64,000 bases of DNA from Myxococcota bacterium. GTDB taxonomy: Bacteria > Myxococcota_A > UBA9160 > UBA6930. The DNA is taken from contig OZ245002.1 of the NCBI GenBank assembly GCA_965223415.1, positions 3,488,001 through 3,552,000 on the forward strand, in the 5' to 3' direction. The stretch's first letter is position 1, and each line of letters opens with the position of its first letter. The notes beneath the pieces are model-generated. The model searched no databases. It saw nothing but the letters and a program-made list of their open reading frames with translations, and was not told the origin of the DNA. The position numbers were made by a program, and so were the translations under genes. This document shows positions 1 to 9,761 of the stretch, one piece after another.

Positions 1-276
1 TCGGCTCGGAGTGAGGTGGCTGCGAGTCGGCGCTCGGAGGAGCAAGGCGCGGCCCCCTGCGTTCCGCACGACGACCCGCATCCTTGCGGGTGTTGCGCAG
101 AGCGGCAGGCCCGGTTCCGGGTCGCGCCGACCGCGAGCGCTGCCCCGCGGCCACCTCACCGCGGCTCGAGGGGCAGCCAATGCGGCGTCGGAGCCAGCCC
201 CCGTCCGCGTGGCCGCGAAAGGCTGGGGCCTTTCGCCTCGTGCCTTCCCGGGGAGGTTGCGCGAGACTCCGCGGCG

Positions 277-537
277 ATGTCGGACTGGACCCGCGAGAAG
301 CTGACCGCGCGCGTCTTCGAGATCCTCCGGGACGAGCTGCTCGAGGTGTCGGGCGAGTTCACGCCCGGCTCCGACCTGATCGAAGCGGGCCTCGACTCCC
401 TCGCGGTCACCCAGCTCATGCTGGCCATCGAGGAGTGCACCGGCGTGTGGGTGGACGAGAGCCTGCTCACGCCCGAGAACCTCGAGACGGCGGAGACCCT
501 GGCCGCCTGCGTGCACGAGCAGATCCAAGGGGCTTGA
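277..537 (+). CDS. Acyl carrier protein
   Basis: 86-aa acidic protein from ATG 277 with the phosphopantetheine motif GLDSL; the ORF-track extension upstream looks non-coding. Confidence 0.85.
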   Translation: MSDWTREKLTARVFEILRDELLEVSGEFTPGSDLIEAGLDSLAVTQLMLAIEECTGVWVDESLLTPENLETAETLAACVHEQIQGA

Positions 538-543
538 GGCCAC

Positions 544-1878
544 GTGCCCCAGCGCGCGCACCCCCCGATTCCCCTGACCGGCGCGGACTGCTTCCTGCGC
601 GCCTTCGACGACGAGGTGCGGCGCCGCGGCAGCGCGAGCCACGCCTCCCAGCTGGTGCTGAGGCTGGGGCCGGGCTTCGACCTGCCGGCCTTCGAGAAGC
701 AGCTGGCGCTCGCCTGTGGAGCCCACCCGATCCTGCACGCGCCCATCCGGCGCCGCTTCCGGCTGGGCCCGCCCGCCTATCGACCCGACCGGGCCCGGGC
801 CGACCGCCTGCCCCGCGTCGACACCCATCCCATCCAGGAGGGGACGACGCTGCCCGAGCTCTTCTTCTCGCGGCTGAACGAGCGCTTCCGCGCCGATCGG
901 GGCGAGCTGCTGCGCGTCGACGCCGTGCCCCGGCCGTCGGGCACCGACCTGGCCTTCACCTGGCTGCACATGCTCTTCGACGGCGCCGGAAGCGAGGTCT
1001 TCCTCGAGTGGCTCGAAGCGGTGCACCGGGGCGAGCGCAGCGTGACGGAGCTGCCCCCGGACGACATGGCGGTCTCGCCGGGCCTGCCGGAGGGGCTCTC
1101 GGCCCGCGAGCGCGGCCGCCGCGCCACCGCCTGGCAGGCCTGGATGGCGTCGATGGCGGAGCCGCGCCCGCGCTCCCTGGCCGGCCCGCTGGCGACGGTG
1201 CGCCAGGCCCTCCGCTACGACCTGCTCAGTCTTCCGCCGGACGAGACCACAGCGGTGGCGGAGCGCGCCAAGCAGAAGGCCGGCTTCCTGACGCCGATGC
1301 TCTTCTACCTGGCGTGTGCCGTCCGCGCCCACGCGGCCGTGTTCCGGGCGCGCGGCGTCGATCCGGGCGCCTTCGTGGTGCCGCTGCCGGTGAACGTCCG
1401 CCCCAAGGGCAGCGAGCAGGCCATCTTCCGGACCCGCGTCTCGCTGCTCTGGTTCCGCGTGCTGCCGGGCCAGGCGGAGGACCTGGATGAGCTGATCGCG
1501 GAGCTCAAGCGTCAGCGCGTCGCCGCCATCAAGGCGGGGCACGTGGAGGGCGGGGTGATCGCGATGGACTACGCCCGCTTCGCGCCCATGCGCCTCTACG
1601 CCCACATGGCCCGCCGTGCGATGAAGGGCGAGCTGTGCTCCTTCTTCTTCGCCTTCACCGGCGAGTTCGCCGGAGGCCTCGACCGCTTTTTCGGGGCGCC
1701 CATCGAGAACGCCTTCCACGCGCCGCCGGTTCCCACCTCGCCCGGCAGCAGCGCCGCCATGAGCCTGCGCGCCGGTCGGCTGAACGTGAGCCACGTGCAG
1801 CAGGCGGGGCTCCTCGACGAGGGCGAGCGGGCGCTCTTCCGGGAGACGCTGCGCGCGGACCTGCTGGGTCGCCCGTGA
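544..1878 (+). CDS. Condensation-domain-like / CoA-dependent acyltransferase
   Basis: HxxxDG motif (WLHMLFDGAG) and PLPVNVR motif; 444 aa; lies next to an ACP. Confidence 0.65.
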   Translation: MPQRAHPPIPLTGADCFLRAFDDEVRRRGSASHASQLVLRLGPGFDLPAFEKQLALACGAHPILHAPIRRRFRLGPPAYRPDRARADRLPRVDTHPIQEGTTLPELFFSRLNERFRADRGELLRVDAVPRPSGTDLAFTWLHMLFDGAGSEVFLEWLEAVHRGERSVTELPPDDMAVSPGLPEGLSARERGRRATAWQAWMASMAEPRPRSLAGPLATVRQALRYDLLSLPPDETTAVAERAKQKAGFLTPMLFYLACAVRAHAAVFRARGVDPGAFVVPLPVNVRPKGSEQAIFRTRVSLLWFRVLPGQAEDLDELIAELKRQRVAAIKAGHVEGGVIAMDYARFAPMRLYAHMARRAMKGELCSFFFAFTGEFAGGLDRFFGAPIENAFHAPPVPTSPGSSAAMSLRAGRLNVSHVQQAGLLDEGERALFRETLRADLLGRP

Positions 1879-3140
1879 CCGGGCGCTACGACGTCGCGGT
1901 CGTCGGCGGCGGCTCCGCGGGGGTGGCCGCGGCGTTGGCGGCGGCGGGGCACGGCGCGCGGACCCTGCTCCTCGAGGCGAGCGATCGCTTCGGGGGCAAC
2001 GCCAGCCTGGCCCTGGTGCACACGATCTGCGGCCTGTACCTGCCGGCGGACGGTCCGGTGGCGAAGCCCGCGCATCCCGGCCTTCCGACCCGGCTCGCCC
2101 GGCGCCTGCAGCGAGCGGGCGCCGCCGGTGAGCCCGAGCGCGCGGGGCGCGTCTTTTTCCTGCCGATCGATCCGCGGGCCTATGGCGCGGCGTTGGCCGA
2201 GGCGGTCGCCGAGGCGAAGGGGCTCGTTGCCGCCACCGACACGAAGGCCCTCGCGATCGCCGAGGACGGCGGGGGATTCGTTCTTCGCCATGCGCGCGGG
2301 GAAGTGCAGGCTTCGCTGCTGGTCGACGCCACCGGCGACGCGGCGGTCGCCGCCCAGCTCGGCGCCGAGCGCACTGCCGAGCCTCCCGAGCGCCTCCAGC
2401 TCCCCTCCTACATCGTCGCCCTGCGCGGCGTCGGGGCGGCAGGGCTCGAGGGCTACGCCCGTCTCCAGCTGACCGCCGCCGTGGCGGGCGCGGCCCGCCA
2501 CGGCGAGCTCCCGGCCGGCTGCGAATCGGTCGTGGTGCGCTCCGGCCCGGCGCCGGGCACGGCCTACCTGACGTTAGGCGTCGCCCGGCCCGAAGGCCGG
2601 CCCTACGCGCCCCTGGACGTCGCCTGTCGGGAAGAGCTCGAGGCCGGCGCGCGGCGCGCCGCCGAGCGGGTGGTCGAGCACCTGCGGAAGACGCGGGCGG
2701 CGTTCGCGTGGGCCGAGGTCGACGCATGGCCCGCCCGCCTCGGCCTCCGGGAGACCGCGCGGCTGCGCAGCGAGATCGAGCTCGACCGGGAGGACGTCGT
2801 CCGCGGGCGCCGGCGCGACGACGAGGTGGCGCTCTCGACCTGGCCCGTCGAGCTGTGGCGCGATCACCGGCGCGCGCGCTTCGAGCACCCGGACGGGCCC
2901 TGCGGCGTGCCCCTCGGCGCGCTGCGCAGCCGCAGTCACCTCCGGCTCGGCTGTGCCGGCCGTTGCATGGGCGGCAGCCAGGAAGCCCTCGGCGCGCTGC
3001 GGGTGATCGGCACGGCCCTGGCGACCGGTGAGGCCATCGGGATCGCGGCGGCGCTGGCCGCCGACGCGGGCGGTACGCTCGCGGACGTGGAGCCCGCACG
3101 GGTGCGAGCGGCCACCGGGGGAGGATCCCACGCCCCATGA
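1875..3140 (+). CDS. FAD-dependent oxidoreductase (FAD_oxidored-like)
   Basis: N-terminal DVAVVGGGSAG Rossmann motif, DATGD, AGRC; GTG start overlaps the upstream TGA. Confidence 0.8.
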   Translation: MTGRYDVAVVGGGSAGVAAALAAAGHGARTLLLEASDRFGGNASLALVHTICGLYLPADGPVAKPAHPGLPTRLARRLQRAGAAGEPERAGRVFFLPIDPRAYGAALAEAVAEAKGLVAATDTKALAIAEDGGGFVLRHARGEVQASLLVDATGDAAVAAQLGAERTAEPPERLQLPSYIVALRGVGAAGLEGYARLQLTAAVAGAARHGELPAGCESVVVRSGPAPGTAYLTLGVARPEGRPYAPLDVACREELEAGARRAAERVVEHLRKTRAAFAWAEVDAWPARLGLRETARLRSEIELDREDVVRGRRRDDEVALSTWPVELWRDHRRARFEHPDGPCGVPLGALRSRSHLRLGCAGRCMGGSQEALGALRVIGTALATGEAIGIAAALAADAGGTLADVEPARVRAATGGGSHAP

Positions 3141-4573
3141 CGGACACGGTGCTCGACGCGATACGTGCCCACGCCGGGAAGCGCCCCGACGCTCCGGCCT
3201 GGATCGCCGACCGGGGCGACGGCGAGGCGACGGCCGGCCGCTACGGCGAGCTCGTGGAGTGCTTCGACGCCCAGGCGGCCCGGCTGCAGCAGGTGGGGCT
3301 GCGTCCGGGCGAGCGCTGGGGCCTGGTGGCGCCCCAGGGCGCTGCCTTCATCGAGCATGCGCTGGGGCTGCTGGCTGCGGACGCCTGCCTCGTGCCGATC
3401 CCCGACGATACGGCCGGCCCGGCTCTCGAAGCCTTCGCCGAGCGCGCGCGACTGCACGGCCTGGTGCACATCGATCGCGACGGCGAGGCCCGGATCCTGC
3501 CCCGCGCGAACCCGGGCACCGTCGACGGCGGGGACGACGCGGCCTTCCGCGCCCTGCACCCGGCCTACCTGCGCTTCACCTCGGGCACGACCCACCGCCG
3601 CAAGGGGGTGATCCTCGGCCACGCGCGCATCCTGGAGCGCCTGGTGGCCGCGAACCGCGGTCTCGGCATCGGCGCGGGGGATCGGATCCTGTGGCTGCTG
3701 CCGATGGCCCATCACTTCGTCGTGTCGATCCTGCTCTACCTGCGCTACGGCGCGACGATCCTGCTGCCGAAGAGCTCCCTCGCGAAGGACGTGCTCGCCT
3801 TCGCCGGCCGCGAGGGCGCCAGCGTTTTCTACGCCTCGCCCTACCACTACAACCTGCTCGCCAAGGACGGCGGGGAGGAGCCGCTCGACGACGTGCGTCT
3901 CGCGATCTCCACCGCGGAGGGCCTTCGCCCGGAGATCGCCGAGCGCTTCGCGGTCCGCTACGGGAAGCCGCTGCGCCAGGCCCTCGGCATCATCGAGGTC
4001 GGGCTGCCGGTGATCGACCTCGAGGATCCTCGCCCCGGCGCCCTCGGCCGTCCGCTGCCGAACTACGAGGTGTGGCTGCGCGCCGAGGACGGGAGCCCGG
4101 TCGGGTCCTCGTCCCCGGAGCGTACCGGCGAGATCTGCATCCGCGGCCCCGGGCTCTTCGATGCCTACCTCGAGCCCTGGACGCCCTCCGCCCGCGTGCT
4201 CGAGCCGGACGGCTTCCGCACCGGCGACCAGGGATGGTTCGACGAGGGCGGTCGGCTCCACCTGGCCGGCCGGCGCGCCAACCGCATCAACATGGCGGGG
4301 ATGAAGTTCTTCAGCGAAGAGGTCGAGGCGATCCTGGACCGGGTGCCCGGCGTGCGTCGGAGCCGGGTCTCCGCCCGCGCCCACCCCCACCTTGGCGAGA
4401 TCCCCGTGGCCGAGCTCGAGCTGGAGGAGGGCGCCGACGCCCCGGACCGCAAGGCCCTCATGGCCCACTGCCGCACCCACCTCGCGACCTACAAGGTCCC
4501 CCGCCAGTTCGATGTCGTCGACTCCCTCCCCCTCACCCCCACCGGCAAGCTCGCCCGCCACACCGACCCCTGA
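3137..4573 (+). CDS. AMP-binding acyl-CoA/acyl-ACP ligase (class I adenylate-forming enzyme)
   Basis: FTSGTT P-loop, FRTGD and PLTPTGK motifs; ATGA overlap with the upstream gene. Confidence 0.85.
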   Translation: MTDTVLDAIRAHAGKRPDAPAWIADRGDGEATAGRYGELVECFDAQAARLQQVGLRPGERWGLVAPQGAAFIEHALGLLAADACLVPIPDDTAGPALEAFAERARLHGLVHIDRDGEARILPRANPGTVDGGDDAAFRALHPAYLRFTSGTTHRRKGVILGHARILERLVAANRGLGIGAGDRILWLLPMAHHFVVSILLYLRYGATILLPKSSLAKDVLAFAGREGASVFYASPYHYNLLAKDGGEEPLDDVRLAISTAEGLRPEIAERFAVRYGKPLRQALGIIEVGLPVIDLEDPRPGALGRPLPNYEVWLRAEDGSPVGSSSPERTGEICIRGPGLFDAYLEPWTPSARVLEPDGFRTGDQGWFDEGGRLHLAGRRANRINMAGMKFFSEEVEAILDRVPGVRRSRVSARAHPHLGEIPVAELELEEGADAPDRKALMAHCRTHLATYKVPRQFDVVDSLPLTPTGKLARHTDP

Positions 4574-4589
4574 GATCGCAAGAACGCCG

Positions 4590-4666
4590 ACGCAAGAGTG
4601 GGGACGTTCCTTGCATCTTGCGTTCTTCGAGAACGCAAGATGCAAGGAACGTCCCCACTCTTGCGT
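4590..4666. repeat. Perfect 37-bp inverted repeat (REP doublet / REPIN-like hairpin) between convergent genes
   Basis: Arm ACGCAAGAGTGGGGACGTTCCTTGCATCTTGCGTTCT (4590-4626), 3-nt loop, exact reverse complement at 4630-4666; a second copy lies at 29369-29454. Confidence 0.9.
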
Positions 4667-4668
4667 GT

Positions 4669-5133
4669 TCAGAGCCAGCGCTTCACTCGTTCGGCGTAGG
4701 CGTCGTAGGCGTCGCAGAACCTGCGTCGGAGGGCGGGCTCTTCGATCTTCACCACGTAGAGGTGGGCGAGGGCGAAGAAGCCGGCGGCGTAGAGGAGCAG
4801 CAGGGGGCAGGCGAAGGCCCAGGCCTCGGCGAGCAACACCACCACGTAGAGCAGGTACATGGGGTTGCGCGACCAGCGGTAGGGGCCCTCGGCGACGAAG
4901 GCCTGGGGCGGGTCGAAGGGGGCCGGGGTGCCGCGGCCCGCGCGCACGAAACGGGCGATCTGAACGGCGAGCACGCCGAGCGCGAGGGCGAGGCCGGCCT
5001 TCGCCGCCGGGCCGCTTCGGGCCCAGCCCAGGGCGAAGCTGCTCCCCGCAGCGCGCAGCACGAGCCAGGGCCCCAGCCCGAAGAACATCGCCGCGAACCA
5101 GGCCATCACGGCCAGGGTCTTCGCGGCGATCAC
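4669..5133 (-). CDS. Isoprenylcysteine carboxyl methyltransferase / PEMT-family membrane methyltransferase
   Basis: GPYRWSRNPMY motif and EEPALRRRF...Y; hydrophobic; GTG overlaps the lyase stop. Confidence 0.8.
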   Translation of the reverse strand: MIAAKTLAVMAWFAAMFFGLGPWLVLRAAGSSFALGWARSGPAAKAGLALALGVLAVQIARFVRAGRGTPAPFDPPQAFVAEGPYRWSRNPMYLLYVVVLLAEAWAFACPLLLLYAAGFFALAHLYVVKIEEPALRRRFCDAYDAYAERVKRWL

Positions 5134-6656
5134 GGCTCCAGGCCGAGGGCTCCGGCCCGATGCAGCTCGAGGACCCGGGCGATGTCGCCGTCCTGGCGGC
5201 GATCCTGCTCGAGACCCGGAACCGCCTTGCGCACGGCGTCCCGCAGCAGGCCGGCCCGGCGGCCGGGGATCTGGCCCTCGCGCTCGCGGAGATCGACGGC
5301 CTGGCAGACGGCGAGCAGTGCGATCGCGGCTACCTGCTCGGTCAGCTCGGCGATGCGCAGGCCGTCGCGGGCGGCGATCGTGCCCATGCTCACCTTGTCC
5401 TGGTTGTGGCTCTCGGTGCTCCGGCTGAAGGCCGCCGCCGGCATGGTGAGCTTCTGGGCCTCGGCCGCCAGCGCCGACGCGCTGATCTGCATCGCCTTGA
5501 ATCCGTGGTGGACGAGGGCGCCCTCGCCGGTCGCGGCCACCAGGTTCTCCGGCAGGCCGCCGCTGGTGGCGGGGCTGCACAGGAGGGCGAGCTGGCGATC
5601 GAGGAGGTCGGCCACGCTCGCGATCGCGGCCTTGAGCGTGTCCATCGCCAGGGCGACGTGGCCGCCGTAGAAGTTGCCGCCGTGCAGCACGTCTCCGCGC
5701 TCCGGGTCCACCAGCGGGTTGTCGTTCACGCCGTTCACCTCGATCTCGAGCAGCTCGCCGGCGAAGTCGGCCGCGTCGAGCAGCACTCCGAGGACGTGAG
5801 GCGAGCAGCGGACCGAATAGCGATCCTGCAGGCGATCCAGGGGCAGGGCTTCGTCGCGCTCGAGATCCGCGCGGATCCAGTGGGCAGCGCGCTCGCTGCC
5901 CCGGTGGGGCTTCCAGGCGAAGATGCGCCGGTCGAAGTGCTCCGGGTTGCCGTGGCACACCTCGCTGGCCAGGGCGCTCACCGCGGCGCCCAGCCGCGCC
6001 ACGCGCACGGCCCGCTCCCAGACCAAGCAGCCGAGCGCGGCCATCACGCTGGTGCCGTTCATCAGGGCGAGGCTCTCCTTCGGCCCCAGCCGCAGCGGCG
6101 GGATCCCGAGCTCCGCCCAGGCCCGGGTGGCCGGGACCACCCGCCCGGCGAAGCTCACCTCGCGCTCGCCGATCAGCATCGCAGCCAGGTAGGAGAGCGG
6201 CGTGAGGTCGCCGCTGGCTCCCACCGAGCCCTCCGCGGGAATGCGCGGCAGCAGACGATGCTCGAGGGCCGTGCACAGGCGCTCGAGCAGCGCCGCACTC
6301 ACGCCCGAGTGACCGCGGGCCAGGGACGCCGTCCGCACCACCAGCACGGCGGCGGCCTCGTCGTCGTCGAGGATGCGCCCGGTGCCGCAGCCGTGGAAGC
6401 GCAGCAGCTGGTGGGGCAGCTCGTCCTGCAGCTCCTGCGGGATGGCGTTGCCCACCGAGGCCCCCACGCCGGTGGTCACGCCGTACACGGCGCCGCCCCG
6501 GGCGAGCCGCTTCTTCACCGCCTCCTGTCCGGCGCGCAGCCGCTCCCGGAAGCCGGCGTCCTCCCACAGGGCCATGGGGCGCTCGCCTCGGGCCAGCGCC
6601 AGGACGTCCGGAAGCCGCAAGGGCGCCTGGCCCAGCCAGAAGGTCTCGCCATCCAC
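5130..6656 (-). CDS. MIO-dependent aromatic amino acid ammonia-lyase (HAL/PAL family)
   Basis: VYGVTTG, GSVGASGDL (MIO-forming ASG), QDRYSVRC, NDNP, GGNF and HNQD motifs; start placed at GTG 6656. Confidence 0.9.
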   Translation of the reverse strand: MDGETFWLGQAPLRLPDVLALARGERPMALWEDAGFRERLRAGQEAVKKRLARGGAVYGVTTGVGASVGNAIPQELQDELPHQLLRFHGCGTGRILDDDEAAAVLVVRTASLARGHSGVSAALLERLCTALEHRLLPRIPAEGSVGASGDLTPLSYLAAMLIGEREVSFAGRVVPATRAWAELGIPPLRLGPKESLALMNGTSVMAALGCLVWERAVRVARLGAAVSALASEVCHGNPEHFDRRIFAWKPHRGSERAAHWIRADLERDEALPLDRLQDRYSVRCSPHVLGVLLDAADFAGELLEIEVNGVNDNPLVDPERGDVLHGGNFYGGHVALAMDTLKAAIASVADLLDRQLALLCSPATSGGLPENLVAATGEGALVHHGFKAMQISASALAAEAQKLTMPAAAFSRSTESHNQDKVSMGTIAARDGLRIAELTEQVAAIALLAVCQAVDLREREGQIPGRRAGLLRDAVRKAVPGLEQDRRQDGDIARVLELHRAGALGLEP

Positions 6657-6737
6657 GCCCCGGATCCTACCCGCAGCGGGGCGGGATGTCCCCGGGGGCC
6701 GACCGACGGAAGCCGGCTCCGGTATCGTCTGCCCGCT

Positions 6738-7502
6738 GTGGGACGGAGGCTCTCCTTGGCGTGGCGTCGGCTCCGAACCGGACTGGGCTTCGCGTACTAC
6801 GGGCTCGGCCTGGTCGCCATTGCCGCCTGGCTGGGCCTGCGCAGCGCCGTCGGGGCTCCGCTCGCCCGCGACGCCGCCCAGCGGCTGCTGCAGCACGGAT
6901 ACGACAGCTTCGTCACCGTGATGCAGGCCCTCGGCCTGCTCCACCTCCGGGAGTCCGGGCTCGAGGCCCTGAAGGGGCCCGGGCCGCGGCTGGTCGTGGT
7001 GAATCATCCGTCGCTGATCGACTCGGCGCTCGTCGTGCGCCACCTGCCCCAGTCCGACAACTTCGTGAGCCCCACCTGGCAGCGTGTCCCTTTCTTCCGC
7101 AGCATCGCCGACGGGGTGGAGGCGATCCCCTCCGACGGAGGCAACGCCTCCGTCGACGAGGCCGTCCGGCGGTTGCGCGCCGGCCGCTGCGTGGTGATGT
7201 TCCCGGAGGGCACGCGTTCGCCCCGAGACGGCCTCGGTCGTTTCGGGCGCGGGGCGGCCCACGTCGCTCTCCGGAGCGGCTGCGATCTGATTCCCGTGGT
7301 GATCCGGATGGATCCCCCGACGTTGAAGAAGGGCGAGCGCTGGCATGAGGTTCCCGATCGGACGCCGAACGTGGAGCTGCGGGTGATGCCGCCGCTCTCC
7401 CCGGGCAAGGTCCTGACCGGCGACGAGCCTCCGATGCTGGCCGCCCGCAAGCTCACGGCCGCGCTCCGCGACCTCTACGAGAAGGTGCTCGATCTTGAGT
7501 AG
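6738..7502 (+). CDS. PlsC-like acyltransferase (ApeD-like)
   Basis: NHPSLID (HX4D) and FPEGTRS motifs; the GTG 6738 start is an estimate. Confidence 0.8.
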   Translation: MGRRLSLAWRRLRTGLGFAYYGLGLVAIAAWLGLRSAVGAPLARDAAQRLLQHGYDSFVTVMQALGLLHLRESGLEALKGPGPRLVVVNHPSLIDSALVVRHLPQSDNFVSPTWQRVPFFRSIADGVEAIPSDGGNASVDEAVRRLRAGRCVVMFPEGTRSPRDGLGRFGRGAAHVALRSGCDLIPVVIRMDPPTLKKGERWHEVPDRTPNVELRVMPPLSPGKVLTGDEPPMLAARKLTAALRDLYEKVLDLE

Positions 7503-7758
7503 CGACGCGCTCCACCTGGAAATCAAGAAGATCATCGTCGAGTCGCTGGCGCTGGAGGACATCGCGCCGGAGGAGATCGAGACGGAGGCGCCGCTCTTCG
7601 TCGAGGGCCTCGGGCTCGACTCGATCGACGCCCTCGAGCTCGCCATGGCCCTGGAGGAGAAGTACGGCGTGACGGTCGGCGACGACCCGGACGAGAACCA
7701 GAAGATCTTCTTCTCCGTTGCGAGTCTCGCGCAGTTCGTCACGGAGCAGCGCGGCTAG
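7495..7758 (+). CDS. Acyl carrier protein (ApeE-like)
   Basis: LGLDSIDALEL motif; 87 aa; acidic. Confidence 0.9.
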   Translation: MSSDALHLEIKKIIVESLALEDIAPEEIETEAPLFVEGLGLDSIDALELAMALEEKYGVTVGDDPDENQKIFFSVASLAQFVTEQRG

Positions 7759-7763
7759 GACGG

Positions 7764-8009
7764 GTGGCTTCCCCCGAAGAGATCTGGGGCACCGTCCGCG
7801 AGGTGCTGAGTGCCGAGTTCGAGTTCGACGAGGCCGAGCTGCGTCCGGCGGCCCATCTCACCGACGATCTCGACCTCGACAGCGTCGACGCGGTGGCCCT
7901 CCTGGTGCGCCTCGAGGACGCCACCGGGCTCGAGCTGGGCGAGGACGACCTGCGCTCCCTCGTGACGCTGCAGGACGTGGTCGACCTGGTGGCGGCGCGG
8001 CTGGCCTGA
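7764..8009 (+). CDS. Acyl carrier protein (ApeF-like)
   Basis: LDLDSVDAV motif; 81 aa; tandem with the previous ACP. Confidence 0.9.
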   Translation: MASPEEIWGTVREVLSAEFEFDEAELRPAAHLTDDLDLDSVDAVALLVRLEDATGLELGEDDLRSLVTLQDVVDLVAARLA

Positions 8010-8012
8010 CCG

Positions 8013-9761
8013 GTGCGCGCCGTTCCCCTCCACCTGCTCCTGGACGAGCCGCGGGCCGGCGACAGCGCCGTTGCCTGGGATCGCCAGGGAACCCGGAGCT
8101 GGGAAGCCTTCACCGGCGAGGTCGGCGGCCTCGCCCGGCGCCTCGAGGGGCCGGCGGGCGCGCGCTTCCTGCTCGACGTGTCGAGCAGCTACGCCTTCGC
8201 CGTCGGCCTCTACGCCGCGGCGCGGGTCGGCGGGGTCGCCCTGGTGCCGCCGAATCGCCAGCCGGGCACCCTGCGCGAGCTGGCGGCCCGCTGCGACGCC
8301 GTGCTCCACGACGCGGCCGGCGGCTCCGCGGGTGCGCCGCCGATCGACCCCCTCGCGTATTCGGGCGAGCCCTGGCCGGGAGAGCTCGACCCCGAGCGGC
8401 CGGTCGTGCAGCTCTTCACCTCCGGGACCACGGGAAGCGCGAAGGAGATCCCGAAGGCGTTGCGGCACCTCGGCGAGGTGGAGGAGCTGGAGCGGCGGGT
8501 GGGAGCGGACCTCCCCCCGGACGTCCGCGTGTACGGAACGGCGCCGCACCAGCACCTCTACGGGCTCCTGCTCCGCGTGCTCTGGCCCCTCGCCACGGGG
8601 CGCCCCTTCCAGGGCGAGAGCCTGCTGCGCCCGGAGGAGCTCCTGCCACGTCTGGCGGAGGCGCCGTCGTCGGTGCTGGTCGCGACGCCGGCCCACCTCC
8701 GTCACCTGACGGTGCGTCCCGAGCTCCGCCAGCTCCGCGGGCGCGTGCGCCGCGTGCTCTCCTCCGGCGGGCCCCTGGCGCCGGTGACCGCGGCCGCCGT
8801 CGAGGAGGCGCTCGGCGCCCCGCCCCTCGAGATGCTCGGCTCCACCGAGACCGGGGGCGTCGCCACGCGCACCCAGCCGGGCAGCACCGAGCCGGGCAGG
8901 GCCTGGGTGCCCCTCGGTCGGGTGCAGGTGCGCCAGGATCCGGCCTCCGGGCGGCTGCGCGTCGCCTCTCCCTTCGTCTCGGTCGGCGCCGAGACCCGGG
9001 CGCCCGGCGTGCTCGAGTTCGAGATGGGGGATCGCGCGGAGGTGGAGGGCGACGGGAGCTTCGTCTTGCGGGGCCGAGCCGACCGGGTGGTGAAGATCGG
9101 CGAGAAGCGGCTCTCGCTGCCGGACATGGAGAGCCGGCTGCGCGAGCACGTCCGGGTGGACGACTGCGCCCTCGTCGACGTCGACCGCGGCGCGGAGGCG
9201 CGGGTGGCGGCGGTGGTGGCGCTCTCGCCGGAAGGACGCGCCGCCCTGGCCGCGGACGGTCGTCGTGAGCTGGTGCGGACGCTCCAGACCTGGCTCGCCA
9301 CGCACTGGGACCGGGTGATGCTGCCGCGGGTCTGGCGCTTCGTCCCCGCCCTGCCCGCCGACGAGCGCGGCAAGCTCACCCGCGAGGCGCTGCTGGCCAT
9401 CGCCCGGGAGCGCCCGCGCAGCCCGGAGACGCTCGGCGACGAGCGCGACGGCGACCGCCTGGCGCGTCGGCTGCGCGTGCCCGCCGACCTCGCCGCGCTC
9501 GAAGGCCACTTCCCCGGGCACCCGGTCGTTCCCGGCGCGGCCCAGGTCGGCTGGGCCTTGGCCGCCGCGGAGGAGCTCGCCGGCCATGCGCTGCGTGTCG
9601 TAGGCGTGGAGGCCCTCAAGTTCAAGGAGATGCTCCTGCCCGGCGCCGAGGTGCTGCTCGAGCTCGAGCTCGACCGGCCGGGCTCCCGCGTCCGGTTCAC
9701 GATCGCCCACGAAGGAGGTGAGCACGCCTCCGGCCGCCTCCTCCTCGGGGACCCGCCGTGA
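8013..9761 (+). CDS. Acyl-ACP ligase fused to a FabA/FabZ-like hotdog dehydratase (ApeH-ApeI-like)
   Basis: FTSGTTG, GSTETGG and GRADRVVKIGEKR motifs, then C-terminal GHFPGHPVVPG dehydratase motif. Confidence 0.85.
   Translation: MRAVPLHLLLDEPRAGDSAVAWDRQGTRSWEAFTGEVGGLARRLEGPAGARFLLDVSSSYAFAVGLYAAARVGGVALVPPNRQPGTLRELAARCDAVLHDAAGGSAGAPPIDPLAYSGEPWPGELDPERPVVQLFTSGTTGSAKEIPKALRHLGEVEELERRVGADLPPDVRVYGTAPHQHLYGLLLRVLWPLATGRPFQGESLLRPEELLPRLAEAPSSVLVATPAHLRHLTVRPELRQLRGRVRRVLSSGGPLAPVTAAAVEEALGAPPLEMLGSTETGGVATRTQPGSTEPGRAWVPLGRVQVRQDPASGRLRVASPFVSVGAETRAPGVLEFEMGDRAEVEGDGSFVLRGRADRVVKIGEKRLSLPDMESRLREHVRVDDCALVDVDRGAEARVAAVVALSPEGRAALAADGRRELVRTLQTWLATHWDRVMLPRVWRFVPALPADERGKLTREALLAIARERPRSPETLGDERDGDRLARRLRVPADLAALEGHFPGHPVVPGAAQVGWALAAAEELAGHALRVVGVEALKFKEMLLPGAEVLLELELDRPGSRVRFTIAHEGGEHASGRLLLGDPP

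Noticed and set aside
74..91. Short hairpin ACCCGCA-TCCT-TGCGGGT upstream of the first ACP
   Set aside because: Too short, and with no U-tract or context to call a terminator or ncRNA
4392..6737. N-terminal part of the 1036-aa ORF 4392..7502
   Set aside because: Antisense shadow of the ammonia-lyase; long stop-free frames are expected at this GC content
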